Part shown: positions 24,380 to 35,861 of the stretch, in pieces | Layout of the letters: every line of letters starts with the position of its first letter | How positions within the stretch are numbered: the first letter of the stretch is position 1 | Assembly: GCA_964291395.2 (NCBI GenBank) | Contig: OZ219856.1 | Coordinates: forward strand, 1,408,001 to 1,472,000 | Source of the DNA: Alphaproteobacteria bacterium | GTDB lineage: Bacteria; Pseudomonadota; Alphaproteobacteria; UBA2966 | Length of the DNA: 64,000 nucleotides | Direction: 5' to 3' | Notes under the pieces: model-generated | What the model was told of the DNA's origin: nothing | Databases searched by the model: none | What the model saw: the letters and a program-made list of their open reading frames with translations, nothing else | Made by a program: the position numbers and the translations under genes

Positions 24380-25834
24380 ATGGCGTATGCAATTGCACTG
24401 TCCACCTTGGGATGGACGCTGGCGGGATTCGCCCTGATGATGCTCGTCCCCGCGTTCGTGGCGTTCGGATACGCGGAAACCGATCAGGCGTGGACCTTTC
24501 TGGTCTCCGCTGGCCTGACCATGTTCTCGGGCGGCGCCCTCGTCATCGCCACGCGCGGCACGCCGCGCAGCCCCAATCAACGAGAGGCTTTCGCGCTGGC
24601 GGTCCTGGTCTGGCTCGTGCTGCCGCTTTTTGGCGCTTTGCCCTTCTTCTATATCGGTGTCGTGCCGACGGTAACCGATGCCTATTTCGAGGCGATGTCA
24701 GGTCTCACCACTACGGGCGCGACGGTTCTCAATAAACTGGAGATCATCGAACGGAGTGTTCTCATTTGGCGAGCGCTGCTGCAGTGGCTCGGAGGCCTGG
24801 CTACCGTGATGCTGACGGTCGTCTTGCTGTCCTTCTACAGCGTCGGCGCCATGAAACTGTTCCGTAGCGCCATGCCACGCGGGGAGCGCCATGACCTCCG
24901 GATTCAATTGGTGCAGTCGCTGCAAGCCATTTGGTGGATCTACCTGGCGCTGACGTCGGCGTGCGCGCTCAGTCTGTTTCTCGCCGGTCTCGGTATTTTT
25001 GAGTCCATCTGTCTGGCGATGAGCACATTGTCTACCGGCGGTTTTTCTATCCGGGATGGTTCGCTCGCATCATTTTCTTCACCAGCGGTCGAGTCGGTTC
25101 TCATCGTCTTCATGCTGGCCGGCGCTATCAATTTCACCTTTCATTGGGCGGTGTTTCACGGTCGGGGGTGGCGGGTCTATGCCGGCGATCCAGAAGTGAG
25201 ATACCTCATCGCCGTCGCCGTGGGGGCGAGCCTGGTGCTCGTCGCGACATTCCTCGTGGTCGGCCATCTGGGAGCGTTCGAATCGCTCCGAACGGGAGTC
25301 TTCAACGTGATTTCCATGATGACGACGACGGGATTCCATACCGGCGACCCCGCTCGTTGGCCATTGTTCGTGACGCTGCTGCTGACTGTGCTCGCGCTCG
25401 TCGGCGGATGTACGGGCTCGACCACCGGCGGCCTCAAAATGCTGAGGCTTTCCATCCTGATCAAGTTGGTAGCTCGGGAGTTGAACCGGCTGCCTCATCC
25501 TAGTTCCATCCGGCGGGTCATCTATGCAGGTCAGGTGGCGGATGAGTCACCGCTGAGTGGCATCCTGACGTTTTTCTGTATCTACGCGGTCGCATTAGGC
25601 TTCATCGGCGCCGCACTCTCCCTGTTCGGACTGGAATTTCATCACGCGTTCACGGCCGGTGCGGCGGCTTTGAGCAACACGGGTCCTTTGACGGTATTAG
25701 CGGTGGGTGGTGAAGGGGGCTACGATGCTCTCGCGGCAGGGGCAAAGTGGACGCTTTGCGCGGCAATGCTCCTGGGAAGGCTGGAGGTGTTTGCCCTGTT
25801 GGCATTTCTCGCCGGTGTGTTTCGGCGGGCGTAA
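24380..25834 (+). CDS. trkH: Trk potassium uptake membrane protein
   Basis: pore motifs SGLTTTG, LSTGGFS, TTTGF, GSTTGGLK and MLLGRLE. Confidence 0.92.
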   Translation: MAYAIALSTLGWTLAGFALMMLVPAFVAFGYAETDQAWTFLVSAGLTMFSGGALVIATRGTPRSPNQREAFALAVLVWLVLPLFGALPFFYIGVVPTVTDAYFEAMSGLTTTGATVLNKLEIIERSVLIWRALLQWLGGLATVMLTVVLLSFYSVGAMKLFRSAMPRGERHDLRIQLVQSLQAIWWIYLALTSACALSLFLAGLGIFESICLAMSTLSTGGFSIRDGSLASFSSPAVESVLIVFMLAGAINFTFHWAVFHGRGWRVYAGDPEVRYLIAVAVGASLVLVATFLVVGHLGAFESLRTGVFNVISMMTTTGFHTGDPARWPLFVTLLLTVLALVGGCTGSTTGGLKMLRLSILIKLVARELNRLPHPSSIRRVIYAGQVADESPLSGILTFFCIYAVALGFIGAALSLFGLEFHHAFTAGAAALSNTGPLTVLAVGGEGGYDALAAGAKWTLCAAMLLGRLEVFALLAFLAGVFRRA

Positions 25835-25851
25835 CAACACGGAGTTGGATC

Positions 25852-26703
25852 ATGTCCCGGGTTGCCTATGTCAATGGTCGCTACGTGCCGTTCGTCGATG
25901 CGGCCGTTCACATTGAAGACCGCGGATATCAGTTCGCCGACGGTGTCTACGAAGTCATGGCCGTGCGCGACGGTCGGCTCGCCGATCTGGAACCGCATCT
26001 CGACCGGCTCGACCGGTCACTGGCCGAGCTCCACATGGAGACGGCCATGTCTCGCCGCGCGCTGGCCGTCGTCTTCGAGGAAATCGTTCGGCGCAACCGG
26101 GTTGCCAATGGAATCGTCTACTTGCAGATGACGCGCGGAGTGGCCAAGCGCGACCACGCGTTTCCCCACAATTGCAAGACGTCCGTTGTGGTAACCGCGC
26201 GCAACGTGCCGCCGCATCCCGCCGCCATCATCGAGAAGGGTGTCAGAGTCGTCACGGTTCCAGACATCCGTTGGAAGAGGTGCGATATCAAATCCGTCTC
26301 TCTTCTGCCGAATGTTCTCGCCAAACAGAAGGCCAAGGGGGCTGGTGCGTACGAAGCCTGGATGGTCGATGAAGACGGTCATGTCACGGAAGGCAGCTCC
26401 ACCAATGCCTGGATCGTCGAGCGCTCGGGAGATCTGATCACGCGTCATCTCGACAACGCCATCCTTTCGGGTATCACGCGGATGGTGGTCAGCGATCTGG
26501 CGATGAGGCAACAGCGGCGCCTCGTGGAGCGACCGTTCACTCTCGAGGAAGCGGAAGCGGCGAGCGAAGCATTTTTGACTAGTACGACGTCCTTTGTGAC
26601 ACCGGTGGTTCAAATCAATGACGTTTCAGTCGGCACCGGTACGCCGGGTCCCGTGACTCAGGCGCTGCATGACCTCTACGATGCACATCTGTCAGGGCAG
26701 TAA
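25852..26703 (+). CDS. dat: D-amino acid aminotransferase (PLP class IV)
   Basis: EDRGYQFADGVYEV, DIKSVSLL, EGSSTN, ILSGITR. Confidence 0.9.
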   Translation: MSRVAYVNGRYVPFVDAAVHIEDRGYQFADGVYEVMAVRDGRLADLEPHLDRLDRSLAELHMETAMSRRALAVVFEEIVRRNRVANGIVYLQMTRGVAKRDHAFPHNCKTSVVVTARNVPPHPAAIIEKGVRVVTVPDIRWKRCDIKSVSLLPNVLAKQKAKGAGAYEAWMVDEDGHVTEGSSTNAWIVERSGDLITRHLDNAILSGITRMVVSDLAMRQQRRLVERPFTLEEAEAASEAFLTSTTSFVTPVVQINDVSVGTGTPGPVTQALHDLYDAHLSGQ

Positions 26704-26853
26704 AGTGATATGGCATCCAGTAGAATTCTCGTGTTGTACTAGGGCAGGCAACATCTACTGTTTGAGCGGTAAAGCCGTATGATGGTCGAGCGCCCATTTG
26801 GATGGATTTGATGATGGCGTCGGTTGGTGACGGAAAAACAGGGCGGAAAAAAC

Positions 26854-27111
26854 ATGGCCGCGAACAAAAGCCAAAATCTACAGGACACTTTTCTCAATCA
26901 GATCCGGAAAAACAAGATCCCGGTCACCGTGTTTCTGGTCAACGGGGTGAAGCTTCAGGGTGTGATTGGTTCATTCGACAATTTCTGCGTGCTGTTGCGT
27001 CGGAACGGCCACGTTCAACTGGTATACAAACACGCGATTTCCACAGTGATGCCGAGTCAGCCGGTTCAGTTGTTCGACCCGACGGAGGCCAGCGCCGCTG
27101 AAGAAGAATAG
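26854..27111 (+). CDS. hfq: RNA chaperone Hfq
   Basis: [25 protein letters not shown]. Confidence 0.97.
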   Translation: MAANKSQNLQDTFLNQIRKNKIPVTVFLVNGVKLQGVIGSFDNFCVLLRRNGHVQLVYKHAISTVMPSQPVQLFDPTEASAAEEE

Positions 27112-27172
27112 AACTCCGCAGACCGTCGGAAACCGGGAAAGCTCCGTCCCCACGGACCGGAAATCTGCTGCT

Positions 27173-28507
27173 GTGAGCAGCAAGGAATGTCGAAACGGTT
27201 TCAGCCGAACCGGAACCGCTCTGGTCTTTCATCCGCGACTGAACAAGGGGTGCAACGGTTCCGCTCCGACCAGAGATGCCGCTTCCGCGCTCGAGGAGGC
27301 GACGCGTCTGGCCGAAGCCATCGGACTTGCCGTCGCGCATTCGGAAGCGGTCACCGTCGCGCAACCACGACCGGCGACATTGTTCGGTAGTGGACGTGTC
27401 GAGAGTATCGGCCGCCTGACCCGGAAACTCTCCGCCGAAATCTGCGTCGTGGACGGAAAGCTGAGTCCGATCCAGCAACGCAATCTCGAACGCGCCTGGG
27501 ATTGCAAGGTGATTGACCGCACTGGACTGATCCTGGAGATATTCGGTGCCCGCGCGCGGACTCGTGAAGGACGTCTGCAAGTCGATCTGGCGGCATTGGA
27601 ATATCAGCGAAGCCGATTGGTGAGATCGTGGACACACCTCGAGCGTCAGCGCGGCGGTTTCGGTTTCATGGGCGGCCCCGGCGAGACTCAGATCGAAGCT
27701 GACCGTCGTCAGATCGCCGAGCGGGTCGCGCGCCTCAAGCGGGAGCTGGGCCAGTTGATCCGGACGCGAGGACTTCACCGGTCCAGCCGCAAAAAGGTGC
27801 CCTATCCGGTCGTCGCGCTGGTGGGATACACCAATGCGGGCAAGTCGACGCTGTTTAATCGTTTGACGGACGCCGACGTGGTGGCCAAGGACATGCTGTT
27901 CGCGACGCTCGACCCGACGATGCGGGGCGTTACGCTGCCTAGCGGTCGGCGCATCATTCTGTCCGACACGGTCGGATTTATCTCCGATCTCCCGACGACC
28001 CTCATTGCCGCCTTCCGAGCAACGCTGGAAGAGGTCGTGGAGGCGGATCTCATCGTGCACGTGCGGGATTCATCTCATTCGGACCCCACTCGGCAAAAGG
28101 CCGATGTGCTCGCCGTCATGGAGGAGCTCGGTGTCACCGCGGACGCGACCGAACGAACTCTCGATGTCCTCAACAAGATCGATCTGCTGGATCCCGGCAA
28201 GCGCGCCGCCGTGATCGCCCGATCGTCGGCCGACCCATTGCAGGTGTCCGTTTCGGCCCGCACAGGGGAGGGAACCAATGAACTTCTGCTCAGGATGGAT
28301 CGGTTGCTGTCCGCCAGTCGCAGGACGTTGGATCTAGAGATTGCGCTCAGTGACGGGGCGACGCTCGCTTGGCTCTATCGTCACGGGGATGTCGTCAGCC
28401 GCGAAGACGTGGACGGCTTTGCCCATATGAAAGTGGGTTTGGATGCCCGTGCCGTCGCCCGCTTCGAACGCCGAATGGCCTCCGGGGAGACTCCAGTAGT
28501 TCAGTGA
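27173..28507 (+). CDS. hflX: GTPase HflX
   Basis: GYTNAGKST, FATLDPT, DTVGF, NKID; follows hfq; start uncertain. Confidence 0.95.
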   Translation: MSSKECRNGFSRTGTALVFHPRLNKGCNGSAPTRDAASALEEATRLAEAIGLAVAHSEAVTVAQPRPATLFGSGRVESIGRLTRKLSAEICVVDGKLSPIQQRNLERAWDCKVIDRTGLILEIFGARARTREGRLQVDLAALEYQRSRLVRSWTHLERQRGGFGFMGGPGETQIEADRRQIAERVARLKRELGQLIRTRGLHRSSRKKVPYPVVALVGYTNAGKSTLFNRLTDADVVAKDMLFATLDPTMRGVTLPSGRRIILSDTVGFISDLPTTLIAAFRATLEEVVEADLIVHVRDSSHSDPTRQKADVLAVMEELGVTADATERTLDVLNKIDLLDPGKRAAVIARSSADPLQVSVSARTGEGTNELLLRMDRLLSASRRTLDLEIALSDGATLAWLYRHGDVVSREDVDGFAHMKVGLDARAVARFERRMASGETPVVQ

Positions 28508-28532
28508 TCCCGAGGTCTCGGGTTGCCACTTC

Positions 28533-28565
28533 GCTTTCCACAGGCTTTCCGCAGGCTTTCCGCAG
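28533..28565. repeat. three tandem 11-bp direct repeats GCTTTCCRCAG
   Basis: GCTTTCCACAG-GCTTTCCGCAG-GCTTTCCGCAG ending 1 bp before the groESL -35. Confidence 0.85.
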
Positions 28566-28566
28566 G

Positions 28567-28595
28567 TTGACAGCGAATTAGCGCATCACTATATA
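28567..28595 (+). promoter_or_regulatory. groESL promoter
   Basis: TTGACA (28567-28572), 17-bp spacer, TATATA (28590-28595). Confidence 0.75.
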
Positions 28596-28597
28596 CG

Positions 28598-28624
28598 CTG
28601 GCACTCGCAAGGTTAGAGTGCTAA
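28598..28624 (+). promoter_or_regulatory. CIRCE element (HrcA operator)
   Basis: CTGGCACTC-N9-GAGTGCTAA versus consensus TTAGCACTC-N9-GAGTGCTAA, directly upstream of groES. Confidence 0.92.
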
Positions 28625-28684
28625 TGCGGCCTGCCCGCAACGGTCTTTATCGCAACGGGCAGTGCTGCATCACGGAGGACGTCA

Positions 28685-28972
28685 ATGAACATCAAGCCGC
28701 TGCACGACCGCGTGCTCGTCCGTCGAATTGAAGAGGATGCTAAGTCGCCGGGCGGTATCATCATCCCGGATACCGCCAAGGAGAAGCCAATGGAAGGCGA
28801 AGTGCTCGCGGTCGGCGGCGGCGCACGGGATGACAACGGCAAGCTCGTGCCTCTGGATGTGAAGAAAGGCGACCGCATCCTGTTTGGGAAGTGGTCAGGT
28901 ACCGAGGTCACCGTGAACGGCGAGGAACTCGTCATCATGCGTGAGTCGGACGTGATGGGTGTCTTGGAATAA
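28685..28972 (+). CDS. groES: co-chaperonin GroES
   Basis: [22 protein letters not shown]. Confidence 0.98.
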   Translation: MNIKPLHDRVLVRRIEEDAKSPGGIIIPDTAKEKPMEGEVLAVGGGARDDNGKLVPLDVKKGDRILFGKWSGTEVTVNGEELVIMRESDVMGVLE

Positions 28973-30625
<1,653 letters not shown>

Positions 30626-30650
30626 CCGGTCGCGACCAGCAACGCTTAGT

Positions 30651-30683
30651 GGAAAGGGTCACCGTTTGGTGGCCCTTTCCTTA
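30651..30683. terminator. stem-loop terminator after groEL, between convergent genes
   Basis: GGAAAGGGTCACC-GTTT-GGTGGCCCTTTCC hairpin followed by TTA. Confidence 0.8.
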
Positions 30684-30746
30684 TGAAACCGGTGTGCGAG
30701 ATCCCGCATTCGCCGGTTGTCCGGGTCGGGCACCCGTTTTTTTACC

Positions 30747-31511
30747 CTATCCCTTTCGCCGGTAGAGATTCCAGGGCGAGTAGGCCTGCATCACGGGCAT
30801 CAGCTGGATAACATTGATGTTGATGTGATCGGGGAGGGCGACGCAGTAGTAGATGGCGTCTGCGATCTCTTCCGAAGTCAGGACTTCGAGACCGGCGTAG
30901 CCGGCATCGGCTTTTTCCACGTCTCCGTCGTAGCGCACCAAGTTGAATTCTGAGCGTGCGACTCCAGGCTCGACACAGGTGACCCGGATTTCTTTGCCGA
31001 AACACTCCGCCCGCACGTTTTTCGAGAACAGATGTACGAAGGCCTTGGTCCCGCCATAGATGTTACTTCCCGGATTGGGCTGCCGCCCACCGACAGAGCC
31101 GATGTTGACGATGTGGCCACGGTTGCGCTCCACCATGCCCGGGAGGATCGCGTGGGTGCAGTAGACGACCCCGTTGATGTTCGTATCCAACATTCTTTGC
31201 CACAGGTTTATGTCGGCTTCGTACGCGGGCCCGAGGCCGAGCGCCGCCCCGGCGTTGTTGATCAATACCGAGACCTCCTGGAACGAATGGGGCAGGCTGT
31301 CTACCGCCGTCTGCACGCCTTCATGGCTCGTAACGTCGAGGGGAAGGGGATGGCAAGCATCCCCGAGCTCGTCTGCCAGCGCCTCCAACCGGTCCTTGCG
31401 ACGGCCGGTGGCGATGACTTTGGCGCCTTCGGAGACGAAACGCCGTGCCGCCGCCGCGCCGAAACCCGACGTGGCGCCGGTGATGAAAACGATCATGTCT
31501 TGCGGTGTCAT
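30747..31511 (-). CDS. SDR oxidoreductase, YdfG/3-hydroxy acid dehydrogenase-like
   Basis: TGATSGFG, NNAG, NIGS, YGGTK, VEPG. Confidence 0.88.
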   Translation of the reverse strand: MTPQDMIVFITGATSGFGAAAARRFVSEGAKVIATGRRKDRLEALADELGDACHPLPLDVTSHEGVQTAVDSLPHSFQEVSVLINNAGAALGLGPAYEADINLWQRMLDTNINGVVYCTHAILPGMVERNRGHIVNIGSVGGRQPNPGSNIYGGTKAFVHLFSKNVRAECFGKEIRVTCVEPGVARSEFNLVRYDGDVEKADAGYAGLEVLTSEEIADAIYYCVALPDHININVIQLMPVMQAYSPWNLYRRKG

Positions 31512-31536
31512 GCGGATGTCTCCAGGCTCGTACGTC

Positions 31537-32307
31537 TCATGTAGTGCGATGAATCGCCACCCGATTCCAGTTCTGATCGGTCGGCATGATTTCGATGATG
31601 TTGGCGTTGACGTGCGGGGGCAGGGCGTATGCGTAAAACAAGATGTCCGCGAACTCCTCGGCCGCGATAATTCGGAAACCGCGCTTGAAATTCTCCAGGG
31701 CGGATTTGTCGCCACGGGCCCGGACCTCGAAGAATTCGGTGTCCACGGCGCCCGGCTCGAGTACCGTCACACGGATGTGATGGCCCAACAGCTCGGCCCG
31801 CAGGTCGAGGGTAAACAGGTGCAGGAACGACTTAGTGGAGCCATAGATGCTGTTTCCTGGCGTCGTGTAGACGCCGCCGACAGAGCCGATGTTGAAGACG
31901 TGGCCCCGGTCACGCTTGACCATGCCCGGCAGAATTGCATGAGTCACGTGGACGACGCCTTTGATATTGGTGTCGATCATCGTCAGCATGTCGTCGAGAT
32001 CGTCCTCGTGGAACTTTCCACCACCGAGCGACAGGCCGGCGTTGTTGACCAGCACGGATATTTCGGCGAAATCCGGGGGCAGGGCGGCCACACAATGCCC
32101 TACGGCATCCCGGTCACGGACATCGAGCGTGGCCGTGTGCAGGCGACCGCCGAGTTCGTTCCGCAGGGCGTCTAAGCGATCCGTGCGGCGGCCGGTTGCG
32201 ACGACGCGTGCGCCTTCGTCGATGAATCTGCGGGTGATGGCCGCCCCCATACCGGAGGTCGCGCCCGTGACGAAGACCACGTCGTTGGACACGTTGGTCA
32301 TTTTCAC
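31537..32307 (-). CDS. SDR oxidoreductase, YdfG-like (tandem paralog)
   Basis: TGATSGMG, NNAG, NIGS, YGSTK, LEPG; GTG start overlaps the mazG stop (alternative ATG at 32301). Confidence 0.88.
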   Translation of the reverse strand: MKMTNVSNDVVFVTGATSGMGAAITRRFIDEGARVVATGRRTDRLDALRNELGGRLHTATLDVRDRDAVGHCVAALPPDFAEISVLVNNAGLSLGGGKFHEDDLDDMLTMIDTNIKGVVHVTHAILPGMVKRDRGHVFNIGSVGGVYTTPGNSIYGSTKSFLHLFTLDLRAELLGHHIRVTVLEPGAVDTEFFEVRARGDKSALENFKRGFRIIAAEEFADILFYAYALPPHVNANIIEIMPTDQNWNRVAIHRTT

Positions 32308-33164
32308 TCCTCCTCTGTAGCTGTTGAACTGCCGCGTTCCCGTGCCTTGGCGCGCTCCCAGGCCTCGTCGTATTCCGCGAGAGACACCTGTGTGAGCTCG
32401 CGTCCAGACGACACCATTTCCTTCTCCACCTGACGGAAGCGCCGCTCGAATTTCGCATTCGTGTCGCGGAGCGCGGATTCCGGGTCCACGCCGAGGTGCC
32501 GGGCGTAGTTGACAATGGAGAACAGAAGATCCCCGAATTCTTCCGAAATCGCTTCCTTGTGTTGCAGTTCCTTGCTTTCGCGCGTCTTCGACACGGCCTG
32601 CCGGAGTTCGGCGAGCTCTTCCGCGATCTTCCCAACGACGTCAGCCGCCACGGTCCAGTCGAATCCGACCCGCGCGGCGCGTTTTTGCAGCTTTTGCGCC
32701 CGTAACAGGGCAGGAAGTCCGCGCGCGACATCGTCGAGGACGCTGGCCCGGCGACCGTCTACCTTAGCGCGCTTTTCCCGCTCCTGCGCCTTGTGAGCCT
32801 CCCAAGCGATCGTCTGTGCTTCTGCGTCTGCCACGTCGGTATCGCCGAAGACGTGCGGGTGCCTACGGATCATCTTGTCGCTGACCCCGGCCACGACGTC
32901 ATCGAAGTCGAACCCGCCTGCTTCGCGGGACATCTGGGCGTAGAAGACGACTTGAAAGAGCAAGTCCCCCAACTCGTCGCGCAAACGCTGCATATCGCCA
33001 TTCTCGATTGCGTCCGCGACCTCGAACGCCTCTTCGATGGTGTAGGGCACGATGGTCTCGAAGGACTGCGTGAGGTCCCAGGGGCACCCACCGTCCGGGT
33101 TGCGAAGCTTTGCCATGATGTCGAGAAGCCGGCGAATATCGCCGGCTTCAGGGGGGACGCTCAT
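32304..33164 (-). CDS. mazG: nucleoside triphosphate pyrophosphohydrolase MazG
   Basis: GGCPWD, YTIEEAFEV, DELGDLLFQVVF, RRHPHVF, second EEFGDLLF repeat. Confidence 0.96.
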   Translation of the reverse strand: MSVPPEAGDIRRLLDIMAKLRNPDGGCPWDLTQSFETIVPYTIEEAFEVADAIENGDMQRLRDELGDLLFQVVFYAQMSREAGGFDFDDVVAGVSDKMIRRHPHVFGDTDVADAEAQTIAWEAHKAQEREKRAKVDGRRASVLDDVARGLPALLRAQKLQKRAARVGFDWTVAADVVGKIAEELAELRQAVSKTRESKELQHKEAISEEFGDLLFSIVNYARHLGVDPESALRDTNAKFERRFRQVEKEMVSSGRELTQVSLAEYDEAWERAKARERGSSTATEEE

Positions 33165-33355
33165 GGCGCGATTATCACGGGCGGACCAGAGGGGTGCAAG
33201 CATGAGCCGGGAGTTATGGGATCTCCAACTTCGACTGGTAGCGTCAGCGCATTACGAGCCGTACGCGGTCCGGCGGGCGGGGGAGAGGACGAAAACATCC
33301 TGCGGCTGATTTGATTGTGTGTATGGGATTTATGGGTGGCCGGTGCTGGAAATTT

Positions 33356-33383
33356 TTGTCGCATAATGTATATTATCGGAAAT
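33356..33383 (+). other. dif: dif-like chromosome dimer resolution site (XerC/XerD)
   Basis: TTGTCGCATAA-TGTATA-TTATCGGAAAT versus E. coli dif GGTGCGCATAA-TGTATA-TTATGTTAAAT; AT-rich intergenic location; KOPS polarity inverts around it. Confidence 0.85.
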
Positions 33384-33421
33384 AAAATATAGATTTCTCC
33401 TAAGAGGTTAAGGGGATTCGA

Positions 33422-34207
33422 CTATCGGACGGGTGGCTTGATCTTCGTGAACAGGCCAAAGAAGTTCCTGGTCGTCGCATCGGCAAGCTCCGGGCACGAC
33501 ACTCCTTTCACTTCCGCCACCTTGCTGGCCGTATGTACGACGTAAGCGGGCTCATTCGTTTTGCCGCGGTGCGGAGCAGGAGCCAGATAGGGAGAATCGG
33601 TCTCCACGAGAAGCCGATCCAGCGGCACGATCCGGACCGCTTCCCTCACCTCGTCCGCATTCTTGAATGTCACGATCCCGGAAAAAGAAATTAGAAAGTC
33701 TATTTCCAAAGCTTTTTCAGCAAGTTGCCGCATTGAGCTGAAGCAATGTAGCAACCCAAGATAGGCGCCGTTGCGATACTCGTCCGTCAGAATTCGCGCC
33801 GTGTCTGCCTCGGCATTGCGCGAATGGACGATCACGGGCAGCCCGGTTTCACGCGCGGCGGTGATGTGGGTACGGAACGATCGCTGCTGGACATCCCGGG
33901 AACTGTGCTCGTAGTAGTAATCAAGCCCGGTTTCGCCGATCCCGACGACCCTTGGGTGATCGCTGAGCTCGACCAGTTGTCGCACGGTCACGTCCGGTTC
34001 TGCGCCCGCCTCGTGCGGATGGACGCCAACGGAGCACCAGATGTCTTCGTATCGTTCGGCGATTGCCAGAACATTTGAAAATCGGTCGAGGCGGGTGGAA
34101 ATCGTCAGCATGGCGCCGATTCCGGCAGATCGGGCGCGCGCCACGACCGCGTCGAGTTCCTCGCTCAGGGCGCCGTAATCGAGATGGCAGTGGCTGTCGA
34201 CGAGCAT
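33422..34207 (-). CDS. tatD: TatD family hydrolase
   Basis: DSHCHLD, GVHPH, GETGLDY, HCFS, ETDSPYLAP. Confidence 0.95.
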   Translation of the reverse strand: MLVDSHCHLDYGALSEELDAVVARARSAGIGAMLTISTRLDRFSNVLAIAERYEDIWCSVGVHPHEAGAEPDVTVRQLVELSDHPRVVGIGETGLDYYYEHSSRDVQQRSFRTHITAARETGLPVIVHSRNAEADTARILTDEYRNGAYLGLLHCFSSMRQLAEKALEIDFLISFSGIVTFKNADEVREAVRIVPLDRLLVETDSPYLAPAPHRGKTNEPAYVVHTASKVAEVKGVSCPELADATTRNFFGLFTKIKPPVR

Positions 34208-34251
34208 GGTTGATTGCCCGCGGTCAGGCGCGTTCCTTGACGGGCGGTCCG

Positions 34252-35817
34252 TCACGTCGCGGCCATAGATTCCTCTTCCTCGACATACCGAGGGAACACG
34301 GCCTCCGGTTTGGGCAGCGGGAGGCCGGATCGAAGGGCGCCGCTCTCCCCCAGTCGCGTGAAATCGCGTTCGTCTTCCGACTGACCCAACTGATCTAGCA
34401 ACTTCGTGGCGGAGCCTGGCATGACCGGTTGCACCAGGATCGCCAAGTGCCGTAGCACCTCGGCTGCCACGTAGAGTACCGTATTCATGCGCGTCGGGTT
34501 CGATCTCCGGAGTGCCCAGGGAGCTTGAGCATCGACATACCGGTTGGCGTCACCGACGATGGCCCAGATCGCCTCGAGGGCTCGATTGATACCTTGGACG
34601 TCCATCTCCGCCCGGACCGTGTCGATCAGGCCATGGGCACCGGCCAGAAACCTGTGATCATCGTCGTGAAATGGGCCCGGCTCCGGAACCGACGCCGAGC
34701 AATTCCGGTTGATCATGGACAAAACGCGCTGGGCAAGGTTCCCCAGGTCGTTGGCCAGGTCTCCGTTGAGTCGATTGACCATGGTGCGGTGCGAGAAATC
34801 ACCGTCGTTGCCGAAGGGCACCTCGCGCATCAGGAAATAGCGCACCGGATCGAGGCCATAGCGCTCGACGAGCTGCAACGGGTCGATCACGTTGCCGAGC
34901 GATTTCGAGATCTTCTCGCCTTCGTTGGTCCACCAGCCATGGGCGAAGACACGTTTCGGTGGCGTGATGCCGGCAGACATCAGAAAGGCCGGCCAATAGA
35001 CGGCGTGGAATCGGACGATGTCCTTGCCCACCATATGGATGTCGGCCGGCCAGTACTTGGTGAAAGAGTCCGACTGGACGTCGGGATACCCCACCGCGGT
35101 GATGTAGTTGGTCAGCGCGTCGAGCCAGACATACATGATGTGATCGTCGTTCCCCGGCACGGGGATGCCCCACTTGAAACTCGTGCGCGAGATCGAGAGA
35201 TCGCGCAAGCCGCTCTTGACGAAGCTGACGACTTCATTGCGCCGGGTCTCAGGCAGGACGAAATCGGGGTTCTCATCGTAGAACTCAAGCAGGCGCGTCC
35301 CCCACTTCGACAGTCTGAAGAAGTAGCTCGGTTCTTCCACCCACTCGACCTCCGCACCGGTGGGCGCCACGCGTGCGCCGTCCGGCCCGGCCGTCAACTC
35401 TTCTTCGCCGTAAAATGCCTCGTCGCGGACCGAGTACCAGCCCGAGTACGTGCCGAGGTAGATATCGCCGTTACGCTCGATGGCTTGCCAGATCGCTTGG
35501 CTTGAACGGGCGTGCTTGGCCTCGGTCGTGCGGATGAAGTCGTCGTTGGAATAGTCCATCGGTTTGGCGAGTTCGCGGAAGTTCCGGGACACTTTATCGA
35601 CGAAGATCCGCGGTTCGAGCCCCGCGGCCTCCGCCGACTTCTCGACCTTTTGACCGTGCTCGTCGGTACCCGTGAGAAACATCACGTCATAGCCATCGAG
35701 CCGCTTGAATCGGGCCAACACGTCGCACGCGAGCGTCGTGTAGGCGTGGCCGATGTGCGGCACGTCGTTCACGTAGTAGATCGGCGTCGTGATGTAGTAA
35801 CGGTTGTCACGCGACAT
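34252..35817 (-). CDS. metG: methionine--tRNA ligase (short form)
   Basis: ITTPIYYVN..PHIGH (HIGH), GTDEHG, KISKS (KMSKS-like). Confidence 0.97.
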   Translation of the reverse strand: MSRDNRYYITTPIYYVNDVPHIGHAYTTLACDVLARFKRLDGYDVMFLTGTDEHGQKVEKSAEAAGLEPRIFVDKVSRNFRELAKPMDYSNDDFIRTTEAKHARSSQAIWQAIERNGDIYLGTYSGWYSVRDEAFYGEEELTAGPDGARVAPTGAEVEWVEEPSYFFRLSKWGTRLLEFYDENPDFVLPETRRNEVVSFVKSGLRDLSISRTSFKWGIPVPGNDDHIMYVWLDALTNYITAVGYPDVQSDSFTKYWPADIHMVGKDIVRFHAVYWPAFLMSAGITPPKRVFAHGWWTNEGEKISKSLGNVIDPLQLVERYGLDPVRYFLMREVPFGNDGDFSHRTMVNRLNGDLANDLGNLAQRVLSMINRNCSASVPEPGPFHDDDHRFLAGAHGLIDTVRAEMDVQGINRALEAIWAIVGDANRYVDAQAPWALRRSNPTRMNTVLYVAAEVLRHLAILVQPVMPGSATKLLDQLGQSEDERDFTRLGESGALRSGLPLPKPEAVFPRYVEEEESMAAT

Positions 35818-35861
35818 CGAACTTCGGTCCGTTTGCAGTGCCCGCCCCCTGCCCGACGACA

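Noticed and set aside
22823-24580. Long antisense ORFs (also 28895-30190, 41946-43322, 50315-52105 and others)
   Set aside because: Shadow frames of well-supported genes in GC-rich DNA, with no recognisable motifs
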